Positions 19,430-28,115 of a stretch of 64,000 nt of DNA are shown here, in pieces. The first letter of the stretch is position 1, and every line of letters starts with the position of its first letter. The translations under genes were made by a program, and so were the position numbers. The DNA is from an uncultured Solirubrobacterales bacterium (GTDB taxonomy: Bacteria; Actinomycetota; Thermoleophilia; Solirubrobacterales; 70-9). Location: the NCBI GenBank assembly GCA_963770155.1, contig CAVYOE010000001.1:74165-138164 (forward strand), read 5' to 3'. Under the pieces are notes generated by a model. The model was not told where the DNA came from and made no database searches. It saw only the letters and a list, made by a program, of their open reading frames with translations.

Positions 19430-22400
19430 CCCTGGTTCTCCTCCTCTTCAGGGGTCTCGTCATCGGGCACTCCCCGCTCGCGCCGGCAGATCGTCTGCCA
19501 CTCACACCAGTCCGGGCAGCTGCCCCCGATCGGCTTGCGGGCGATGCGCCCGGCCCGGATCTCGGCGGCGATCCGGCGGGCCTCGGCCACGGCATCCTCG
19601 AGGGCGCGGTCGAAATCGTCCCGCTCCCAGGCATCCTTGCCGACCAGGTCGATCCCGGCGAGGGCCCCGTCCTGCTCCTCGTCGAGCACGAGGCCGCGCG
19701 GCCGGCGGTCCTTCGTCCCTCCTAGCGGGCGGTAGAGCCCGCCGACCGGCTCCAGCCCCCAGACCTCCCGGGACGCAACCATGTAGAGCTGCAGCTGCAG
19801 CTTGCCCTTCTCGACCAGCTCAGCGGCCTTCGGGACCTGGCGCGAGAGCTTGTAGTCGCTGACCAGCGCCGTCCCTCCCGACGGAGCGACGTCGATCCGG
19901 TCGATTGCTCCGTGCAGTCGCAACTCGCCCAGGTCCAGCGCCGGCTTCTCGGCATCATCGGTTCCGAATTCCGCCTCGAGCAGCGCCGGCTGCAACGCCT
20001 GTTCGCTCGCGGCTTCGTCGCGGAGAAACGCCGCCAGCAGGCCGGCGACGCGGCGCAGGGCGGGGGCGGCGTGTGGGTCGCCGACGTCAAGGCTCCGATC
20101 GGGGCCGTGCTCCGCTACCAACTCATCCGCCCGCTCTCGCCAAGCGGCCAGGGTCTCGGGCGTCGGCCGCGGGGTACCGCCGGGGGACTCTTCATAGAGC
20201 TGTTGCAAGACCCTGTGGGCAAGACCGCCAAGCCGGAGTGGCTCATCGACCAGGTCCAGCCGCCTGGGGCTGAGCTCGTGCCCTACGAACCACCGGTAGG
20301 GACAGGTGGCGTATTCCTCCAGGGTGGAGGCGCCGAACAGGTCGTTGGCCTCCAGCGCCTCGAGCACCGGTTCCAGCTGCAGCGGCCCCGGCTTCAGCCG
20401 GTCCTCGGCAGTGACCGCTTCTGCGGCGACCAGCACCTCGGTCAGCGAGTTACGGGTCTCGGCATCGATCACGGCCGAATCGAGCCCCTGCGCCCAGCGG
20501 TCCCGGCCGAGAGCCGCGAGCGCTCGCGCAAGCTCCCGTTGGGAGGGGGCCGCGCCGGCGGTAATGACGACATCGCCCAGCTCCCGCCGCTTGGTGTGGG
20601 ATTCGAGCAGTTCGTCGTCGGCGTCAGGGTCGGCGGGCTCGGTGGGCTCGAGCAGCGTGCGGACCTCGTCGATGAATGGACTGCGCCCGAGGGCGCGCCC
20701 GGCGTCATCAGTCGCCATCCAGGAGAGGTAGAGGCGCCGGCGAGCTCGCGAGAGGCAGATCGCGAACAGGTAGCGCTCCTCCTCCTCGGTCGAAGCTCGC
20801 GGCGGCAGCTCCAGCGCCTCGCGCTGTTGGTCGGAGAGAAGGGGGGAGCCGGGGTCGCGTCGCGGGAACTCTCCCTCCTGCATCGAGGCGACGAACAGGT
20901 GGTCGACTCGGCCGGCCCGAAGGCGGTACGGGCTCGCGATCCGGACCCTGCCCTGGACCGAGCCGCGGTGCAGCTCCACCTGGGAGGTCTCGATTGCCTC
21001 GATCAGGCCTTGCGGGGATGGCTCGAGCTCCGCCAGGCCGGCGAGCTCGTGCAGGGCGACCTCCGCCACCGCTCCGGCGCGCAGCTCGAGCGCGCGCTCA
21101 CGCCCCGCCATCGCGGCCTCCCGCTGCAGCGGAAATTCGGCGATCTGCCGGGCCAGCCGGGCCAGCACCTCGGCCTGCGGTGCGCCCGGCTCGGCGGCGC
21201 GCAGCTCGGTCAGTTCGAAGCGCTCGGTTCCGCCGAGCTCGAGCCATTCGGCTTCGGCTTCGGCGCTGGTACGTAGGCCTTTCTCCCGAGCCCGCAGCTC
21301 GAGCTGGTCGACGCGCCAATTGGCGGCGCGGCCGGGTGTGCGCAGGAAGGCGATCAGGTCGTCGGCGCCGCCGTCGAGGAGAGCCGCACGGACCAGGGCG
21401 ACCAGTCCGCGGCCGGTCGCGGTCGCGGCCACCGGGACGCTTGCCTCGACCGCGACCGGAATGCCGTAGCCGTCCAGGATGCGCAGCCACAGATCGGCTG
21501 AACGGGCGGGGTTGCGCAGGGCGATTGCGATCTCGTCCGGCGGGGTCCCCTCGTGCAGGAGCGCGGCGATCTCGGTCCCGATCTGCTCGATCTCGTTGCG
21601 GTCTCCCGCCGACTGCAGAAAGACCAGCTCGGGCCCCGGTTCGATGCGCGGGGCTTCGGGGCGGAGAAAATTGCGATCGAGGTGGAACAGGGTGGCGGAG
21701 GGGGTATTAGTTGGCTCGGCCTCGAGCCGGGTCTCATTCGCGGGGCCGAGCTCAAGCAGCTGTCCGTAGAGGCGCGCCCTGGCCGCAAGCGCTTCCCGGT
21801 CTTCATATGTGATCGCGACGGTGATCTCCGCGGCCGCCGCAAGGGCACCGATCAGGGCGAGCTGCTCTGGATTCAGGTCGTCGAATCCGTAGAGGAAGAC
21901 GGGCCGCCCTTTCCAGGACGCGGGATCAGAGGCCAGCCGCTCGGTCGCCGCGCCCGCCACCAGGTGGCGGTCGCCGCGGCCGCAGCGGTCACGCAGCTCG
22001 CTCCAGCTCTTGTACAGGGAGACGAGCTCGCCCCCGTACCCGCCGTCTTCGAGCCGGGCAGCCCGGGCGGCGAGCTCGTCGGGATCGACAAGCGCCCGCT
22101 GGAACTCCTCCAGCAGGCGCTCGAACGCGTCGGCAAAGCCCGGCCGCTGGGCGGAATCCGCGAGGAGCCGGAGACGGGTTCGCTCCGCGGCGGCGCGGGC
22201 GAGGTGGACTCGCTCGGACCGGGTCAATACGTTGCCCGAGACGACCCCGGCGGCACGGGCGACCTCGCCGAAGAGGCCGCCGAAGGTGACCACCGACCCG
22301 CCGAGGAATGCTGACCCGCTCAGCTCCCGCTCGAAGCGGTCAGCGTCGTCGAAAGTGGGGACGACGAGCAGCGGATCCCCGCCGGCCTGTTCCCTGAAGG

Positions 22401-22443
22401 CGCGGATCACCGCGCCGGCCTTTCCGGAGTTGGAAGGGCCCAC
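19426..22443 (-). CDS. addB: helicase-nuclease subunit B (AddB-like, degenerate ATPase, Fe-S staple nuclease)
   Basis: GPSNSGKAG degenerate P-loop. C-terminal PD-(D/E)XK with CPYRWF ... CPDWCEWQTIC. 4-nt overlap with addA. The start may be CTG 22461 (GGAGG 7 nt upstream) rather than GTG 22443. Confidence 0.8.
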   Translation of the reverse strand: MGPSNSGKAGAVIRAFREQAGGDPLLVVPTFDDADRFERELSGSAFLGGSVVTFGGLFGEVARAAGVVSGNVLTRSERVHLARAAAERTRLRLLADSAQRPGFADAFERLLEEFQRALVDPDELAARAARLEDGGYGGELVSLYKSWSELRDRCGRGDRHLVAGAATERLASDPASWKGRPVFLYGFDDLNPEQLALIGALAAAAEITVAITYEDREALAARARLYGQLLELGPANETRLEAEPTNTPSATLFHLDRNFLRPEAPRIEPGPELVFLQSAGDRNEIEQIGTEIAALLHEGTPPDEIAIALRNPARSADLWLRILDGYGIPVAVEASVPVAATATGRGLVALVRAALLDGGADDLIAFLRTPGRAANWRVDQLELRAREKGLRTSAEAEAEWLELGGTERFELTELRAAEPGAPQAEVLARLARQIAEFPLQREAAMAGRERALELRAGAVAEVALHELAGLAELEPSPQGLIEAIETSQVELHRGSVQGRVRIASPYRLRAGRVDHLFVASMQEGEFPRRDPGSPLLSDQQREALELPPRASTEEEERYLFAICLSRARRRLYLSWMATDDAGRALGRSPFIDEVRTLLEPTEPADPDADDELLESHTKRRELGDVVITAGAAPSQRELARALAALGRDRWAQGLDSAVIDAETRNSLTEVLVAAEAVTAEDRLKPGPLQLEPVLEALEANDLFGASTLEEYATCPYRWFVGHELSPRRLDLVDEPLRLGGLAHRVLQQLYEESPGGTPRPTPETLAAWRERADELVAEHGPDRSLDVGDPHAAPALRRVAGLLAAFLRDEAASEQALQPALLEAEFGTDDAEKPALDLGELRLHGAIDRIDVAPSGGTALVSDYKLSRQVPKAAELVEKGKLQLQLYMVASREVWGLEPVGGLYRPLGGTKDRRPRGLVLDEEQDGALAGIDLVGKDAWERDDFDRALEDAVAEARRIAAEIRAGRIARKPIGGSCPDWCEWQTICRRERGVPDDETPEEEENQG

Positions 22444-22565
22444 GATTAAGTTCAGCGCCAGGTCGCATCCTCCTTCTTTTTCGTCGGTTTTTGCCGTCGG
22501 GGGGCGACTCTACCCTTGCCGCGACTCGTACCCGAAGTAGTCCTAGAAGGAGGCTCAGTACTGAC

Positions 22566-23021
22566 ATGTCGCTCTGTTTCGTAGATCCGGCAGACGCGAT
22601 TCGCGCGATGGCTGATTCGATCGGCCGCGAAGCCCGCCGGCAGCTCCTCGGCGAGGTGGTCCGCGCCTGGGTCGACGAGATCCCCGAGGACGAGCTCGAC
22701 ACGCACTACGCCAAGGCGATCTCCGAGCTCGACGAGCACGACATCTCGGTGCTGGCGGCATGGCACGGGTCGATGGAGGCCGGTCAGCCGGTGCCGAACC
22801 GCGACTTCCTGATGGGCTCGTTCGATTCACTCGGCGACCACCGGCGCGAGGCGCTGAAGCTCGCCGCCGGGTTCCGCGGCGAGGAGGCCTTCGAGGCCGG
22901 ACTCACCGAGGAGCGCGCGCTCGACACCGTCCTGGAGTGGCTCTCCGCCCCTCGCCTGATGGAGCTGGCGACCGAGGCGATGGACCTCTACATCTGGGAC
23001 CGGGTCGGCAGCGACAACTAA
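22566..23021 (+). CDS. hypothetical protein
   Basis: Acidic 151-aa ORF starting at an internal ATG of ORF 22491..23021. No family recognised. Confidence 0.4.
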   Translation: MSLCFVDPADAIRAMADSIGREARRQLLGEVVRAWVDEIPEDELDTHYAKAISELDEHDISVLAAWHGSMEAGQPVPNRDFLMGSFDSLGDHRREALKLAAGFRGEEAFEAGLTEERALDTVLEWLSAPRLMELATEAMDLYIWDRVGSDN

Positions 23022-23674
23022 CGAGCCGGGCCAGACTCAATTCCAAGACTGGCCCGGATCTCTGGAATCGCCTGCTCGTTGTCCTGGTAATGAACCGCGG
23101 TCATCCCGAGCGCGGCCGCGGCCTCGCAGTTGTGCGGGAGGTCGTCGATGAAGAGACAGTCGCGGGGATGGACACCGTTGCCGAGGCGCTCGAGGGTGAT
23201 CTCGTAGATCTCGGGCTCCGGCTTGCGACAGCCCACGAAGGCTGAGTCGACCACGACCTCGAAGATCTCGTCGATCGGCATCATCGCCCGCCACCTCGAC
23301 TCCCACTCGCGGACGTTGTTGGTCAGCAATGCCATTCGCAGGCCGCTGTCTTTCAGCTCTCGCATCAGCCCGATCATCTGCTCATTCGGATTCAGTGCCT
23401 CGAAGTAGAGCTCGCTGAACCTCCGCAGCGTGGGCCGGCGCCCGAGCCGGGTCTCGAGCTCGGCCTCCAGCTTGGCGTGGAAATCGCTCTCGCTCATGAC
23501 GCCTTTCTCCAGCTCGAACAGGGGATGCTCCCCCTCGCGAGTGGCGATCTCCTGCATCGCGCCCCCGAGGTCCTCGAACGAGAGACCGGTCTCCTCCTGG
23601 ACCGCGGCGAACGACTGCACCAGCGGTGTGGTCAGCACCCCGCCGAAGTCCGAGATCACCGTGGTGATCGTCAT
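23018..23674 (-). CDS. HAD-superfamily hydrolase (subfamily IA)
   Basis: Motif I VISDFGGVL, motif II LLTNN, motif IV CLFIDDLPHN. ATG 23674 overlaps the upstream stop (ATGA). Confidence 0.8.
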   Translation of the reverse strand: MTITTVISDFGGVLTTPLVQSFAAVQEETGLSFEDLGGAMQEIATREGEHPLFELEKGVMSESDFHAKLEAELETRLGRRPTLRRFSELYFEALNPNEQMIGLMRELKDSGLRMALLTNNVREWESRWRAMMPIDEIFEVVVDSAFVGCRKPEPEIYEITLERLGNGVHPRDCLFIDDLPHNCEAAAALGMTAVHYQDNEQAIPEIRASLGIESGPAR

Positions 23675-24402
23675 TTCCGGCGCCAGAGCATGTAGCTGCC
23701 GGATCCATCGACGCCTTCGACGGTCCAGTCGAAGAACGAAGCCTGCAGGCGCCACCCATCGAGCTCGAGGGCGGTGCCGCAGACCCGGGTGCCGGCACCG
23801 CGCAGCGGCGCCTGGTCTTCGCGACTGACCCAGAGCTCGAGCCCGGCCCGCATCTGGTCGCCATCCCGGTCGTACTGGGTCGAGAGCAACGGCTCCTCGA
23901 CTGGCGCCGGTGCTGCTCCGTCTGGGCCGAGCAGCCAAGCCTCGGTGCGCTCCTCGCTGTGCCCCGGCACGTCCGGCTCTCGCGCCGAGCGCAGGCCGAG
24001 GGCGGAACCGTCGCTTTGGACCGCTGCCAAGGTGCGCACCAGGCCGGCACCGTTGATCGCGGCCGGGTCGGCTTTCAGCGCCGCACCCGCGCCCTCGAAC
24101 GAGCGGTCCTCGCCGTCATGACTGACGGTGACGGTGGCGCGACCGCTCCCTACCGGGTCGGCCGCGCCGCCTGGTTGGAGCGTCACCTCGATCGAGGTTC
24201 CTGTGAGCTTCCCCTCGGCCCTGGCGCCGCCGCCGGCCTCGTCGAGCTGGACCGCGTCAGATGTACCCGCCGCAAGGACCTCGGCGCCTCGGAACAGAAC
24301 CAGTGTCGCCTCGCCGTCCCCGATCCCGGGCAGGCCGCGGCCGACCCAGCCGCGGATGCCACTGCCGGGGTCGGTGAACTCGAGCGCCAATGGGTCAGAC
24401 AT
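23671..24402 (-). CDS. hypothetical protein
   Basis: 243-aa ORF coupled to fxsA (8-nt overlap) and to the HAD gene (4-nt overlap). No family recognised. Confidence 0.45.
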   Translation of the reverse strand: MSDPLALEFTDPGSGIRGWVGRGLPGIGDGEATLVLFRGAEVLAAGTSDAVQLDEAGGGARAEGKLTGTSIEVTLQPGGAADPVGSGRATVTVSHDGEDRSFEGAGAALKADPAAINGAGLVRTLAAVQSDGSALGLRSAREPDVPGHSEERTEAWLLGPDGAAPAPVEEPLLSTQYDRDGDQMRAGLELWVSREDQAPLRGAGTRVCGTALELDGWRLQASFFDWTVEGVDGSGSYMLWRRK

Positions 24403-24940
24403 CCTCCGGGAGCTCCTTCGGTGGGTCGTCGATCTCGTGGGCCGTCCCCTCGATGTCGGCCGGCCCGCGGCCTGCCGGTCCCGCGCCCGCCCCAGGACGC
24501 TCCGCGCCGGTCTCGGGCCGCGGCCTCGCCCGGCGGTAGGTCCCGTAGGCGACGCGCGGCCCGAAGGCGACTCGGGAGACCACCATCCGCTTGGCCAGGC
24601 GCCAGATCACCGCGCGGGTCGGCGGCAGCAGCAGGAGCAATCCGGCGATGTCCGTCAGGAAACCCGGAGTCAGCAGCAGGGCCCCACCGAGAATGATCAT
24701 CGCGCCGTCGAAGACCTCCTTGTGCGGGATCCGGCTCCGCTCGAGAGCGTCGCGGAAGCGCGCCCAGGCGGCCCTGCCCTGGGAGCGCAGCAGCACCGTG
24801 CCGAGGATGCTGTCGGCTATCAGCAGCGCCAGGGTCGGCAGGATCCCGATCGCCTGCCCGACCTGGATGATCACGTAGAGCTCGAGGATCGGGACGACGA
24901 TGAACAGGACTAGAAGTAGCAGGGGCACGGCGCTCAACAT
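24395..24940 (-). CDS. fxsA: FxsA family membrane protein
   Basis: PILELYVIIQVGQAIG...LLTPGFLTDIAGLLLLLPPTR is the FxsA signature. Confidence 0.8.
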   Translation of the reverse strand: MLSAVPLLLLVLFIVVPILELYVIIQVGQAIGILPTLALLIADSILGTVLLRSQGRAAWARFRDALERSRIPHKEVFDGAMIILGGALLLTPGFLTDIAGLLLLLPPTRAVIWRLAKRMVVSRVAFGPRVAYGTYRRARPRPETGAERPGAGAGPAGRGPADIEGTAHEIDDPPKELPEDV

Positions 24941-24999
24941 AACGGCGGCTCCTCCGGCCCGCGTCCGGGGCCGCCGGGCCAGTTCTTTACCCTGTAGGC

Positions 25000-25311
25000 A
25001 TGGCTACAGAGACGATGCCCACCGAGGAAGAGGTCTACGAGGCGCTCGAAGAGGTGATCGATCCCGAGCTCGGGCTCGATTTCGTAGCGCTCGGCCTCGT
25101 CTACGACGTCGAGATCGAGGGCGAAGAAGTGTTCATAACCTTCACCCTGACCACGCCAGGCTGCCCGATTGGCCCTCAGGTCACCGAGCAGATGCGCGAG
25201 TTCGTCGGCGATCTCGACGGCGTCAGCAAGGTCCACCCGAAGCTCGTCTTCGAGCCCGCCTGGTCCCCGGAGATGATGTCCGAGGACGCCAAGTTCGCGC
25301 TCGGGTTCTGA
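25000..25311 (+). CDS. sufT: DUF59 / SufT-like Fe-S assembly factor (MIP18 family)
   Basis: EVIDPELGLDFVALGLVYDVE...TLTTPGCP. 103 aa. Confidence 0.75.
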   Translation: MATETMPTEEEVYEALEEVIDPELGLDFVALGLVYDVEIEGEEVFITFTLTTPGCPIGPQVTEQMREFVGDLDGVSKVHPKLVFEPAWSPEMMSEDAKFALGF

Positions 25312-25328
25312 GCGCCGGCCTCGGACGA

Positions 25329-28044
25329 TCAGCCGGCGGCGCGGCGGCGCAGCCGCTTGCGGCAGCGGATCCGGGCCCGCTTGCGCTTCTTCGCCTTGCA
25401 GCGCTTGCGCGCCGCCCGGCGCTTGCCGCCTTGCCTGAGTGAGCTCAGCGGCGGCGCTCCGTCGCAGGTGGGCGAGGCGACCAGATGGGCGTCGCGGCTG
25501 ATGAAGTGGGTGCGGAGGACGCCGGTGGCGCGGTCGTAACTCCACTCCGATGGGTCCATCACACGGCCGTCGCGTTTCAGCTGGCAGGGCTCGAACGGTG
25601 CGCGCAGGGTCGAGAGCGAGGCGGCTATCCGGTACAGGTGGCCGGGCGAGCCGTCGATCCGGAGCTCCCAGCCCGACGCGGTCTCGGCCGAGGAGATCGC
25701 CTCGCCGCCGGCGAGCCGGGTCTGTGAGCTGCCGCGCGGGAATGCGAGCAGCTCGAGGGTGCCGTCGCGCTCGCCGAGGTTGACGATGCCGCCGTCATCT
25801 CCTTCCGGCGCCAGGGTGTCGACGTCCTCGGGCAGCAGCGGCAGGATCGTCCCGGCGCGGGCGAACAGAGGCAGCTCGTCGATCGGCGCCGGCACGGTCA
25901 GCTCGCGGCCGCCCGGCACCACCGCGGGCGCGGCAGCGATATCGAAGTCGCCGCGCTCCGGCCCGTAGCCCAGCGCCTGCCACAGGTCGATCCAGTCCCC
26001 GCCGGGGAGGTACAGCTCCCGCTCCCGGGCACCCTCCTCGATCACCGGCGCGGCGAGCAGGTCCGGGCCGAACATGAACTCGTCCTGTCGCAGGACCGCG
26101 GCGGGATCGTCAGGATACGCGAGCGCCAGGTGGCGCGAGAGCGGCATCCCGGTTCGCTGGTAGGTCTCCGAGGCCGCGGCGAGGTATGGATAGAGCTGGG
26201 TGCGCAGCTTGGTGTAGCGGCGCCAGATCGGGTACACGGCGGGGCTCCAGACCTGCGAGCGCTGCGCCCGGTTGTTCTGGAAGCTGAAGCCGTTGGCCTG
26301 GGTCCGCATCACGCCGCTGACCGCGCCGAGTTGGAGCCAGCGGATGTTGAGCTCGTCGGAGGTTCTGGGGTTGACGATCGCGTGGAAGCCGCCGATGTCC
26401 GAGCCCCAATACGCAACTCCCGAGAGGCCGGTGGAGAGCGCCTGGTGCACGGCGGCACAGAGCCCGTCGGAGCAGCTCCAGTCCTCGGTCGGGTCGCCGC
26501 CCCAGACGACCCGGGCACAGGGCTGTACCCCGTGCCAGCCCGAGCGCACGAACACTGCCGCGTCGCGGCCCATCCGCTCGCGCGTGTGCGCGTAGGAGGC
26601 GCAGTGGTAGAGGACGGGGTAGCGGTTGTGCATCTCGAGGCCGCGCCGTCCGTCGGCGAACACGGAATCTGTCGGCGTGTACTCGCCGAAGTCCTCCATC
26701 CAGCCGTCGTAGCCGTCGTCGATCGCCTCGTCGAGAAGCCCGGCGTAGAAGGCGTCGGCGCCGGGATTGGTGAAGTCGACCTCGGCGACCAGCTCGTCGG
26801 CCGTGAACGGGTTCGAGACCACGTACGGCAGTCCGAGGATGTTCTTGACCAGATGGCCGGCGGCGGCGGCCGGGCCGAATGCCTCCCCGTACTCGACGCA
26901 GATGTGCGGATTGAAGTAGGTGGTGATCTTGTAGCCGAGCCGGTGATAACCAGAGGTGAGTGCCTGCTGCGCCGGCCGGTTGCCGACCTGCGCCCCGCAG
27001 GGGAGGTAGTGGGTGTAGGTCTGAGCGACGGTGACCGGGACGTCCTCGGCGCGGAAGCGCTCGGCCAGCTCGAACTGGCGGCTCTCCAGGGTGGGCTGGA
27101 ACCAGGGCCCGAAGATCCACGGCGACGGATCGGGCTGGCGGCCCGCGTAGTCGGAGTAGCGGCGCAGGACGTCTGCAGGCTTCGGGCCGGCGAACACCGA
27201 GAACCGGAAGAAGCTGCGTCTCCGTTTCCGCATGCCACGCGTCGGTGCGCTCGCGACGCAGGCGGAAGGTGGAACGCTGGGGTTGATCGATCAGGAAGCC
27301 GAAGCCCCGGGTGGAGATCGTCCACGGGATCGGGAAGTTGGTCGCCGTCGGCCCGGTGGGGAAGGTGAACTCGGGGATCAATGGGCGGAGCAGCTCCTCG
27401 CCCTCGCCGGATGAGAACGGCCCCTCTTCGGCCCAGTTGAAGACGAGGTTCCCCGTCTGGTCGACGGCGTTGGAGCGCTCGCCGAAGCCGAGGAAGCGCT
27501 CGGTCGGACCGGCCTCGAACCCCGCCCCCGAAACGCTTGCGAGGGCAGCGAGGGGCCCCGATCCCGGCGCGATCCGTGAATCGACCGTGGCCCCGCCGGA
27601 CCCGGTCGGTGAGATCCTCACCTCGAGGCGGTGGCCGAGCGGGTCGTTGGTGGCGACGTCGAGGACCAGGTCCTCGCCCTCGCGCCGCGAGCCGAGCAGG
27701 CGGGTGGCGTGGAACCACAGCGTCTCGACGTTGAGCCCGACGTAGTAGCCGAGAAAGGCGTTGTTGACCACAGGAACCCGCAGATCGAAGGAGTAGCCCA
27801 GCGAGCCATAGCGGGCGTGGGGATCGGCCGGGGACGGAGCACCGCCGGCGAGGGTGCGCAGGGCCTCACCGCTGGCGGTGTCGCGGAAGCTGAGCCGGAA
27901 CGGCTCCGGATCGACGGTCACCTCGAGTGGGCCGGAGGACAGGATCGCGGAAGGGTCGCCGGCAGCCGCCGTGCCAGTCGCGGACCAGGCAAAGACTGCG
28001 GCCCCGATCGCCACCGCCCAAGTGCGCGCGCGTCTCCTGTTCAC
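25329..28044 (-). pseudogene. secreted glycoside hydrolase family 31 (alpha-glucosidase/xylosidase-like), one frame break as sequenced
   Basis: N-terminal part (signal peptide, ORF 26110..28044) reads to ...AWHAETETQ. It continues in ORF 25329..27233 as FFRFSVFAGPKPADVLRRYSDYAGRQP...WMEDFGEY...WGGDP. Break near 27215. The C-terminus is a K/R-rich Cys tail. Confidence 0.85.
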
Positions 28045-28115
28045 CGGGTTGGATTATGCGGGCTGACCTGCGCGGCCGCGCCAACCGGCGCCGTACAGTG
28101 TTCTGGGTGGTTGAT

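Noticed and set aside
16289-21276. Several 390-700-aa plus-strand ORFs opposite addA and addB
   Set aside because: These are shadow ORFs of the same kind. addA and addB on the minus strand explain the region completely.
15713-22443. Helicase-nuclease pair considered as a possible defence module
   Set aside because: The domain content is canonical AddAB/AdnAB double-strand-break repair machinery. No methylase, restriction, Cas, abortive-infection or other defence-type neighbours are present.
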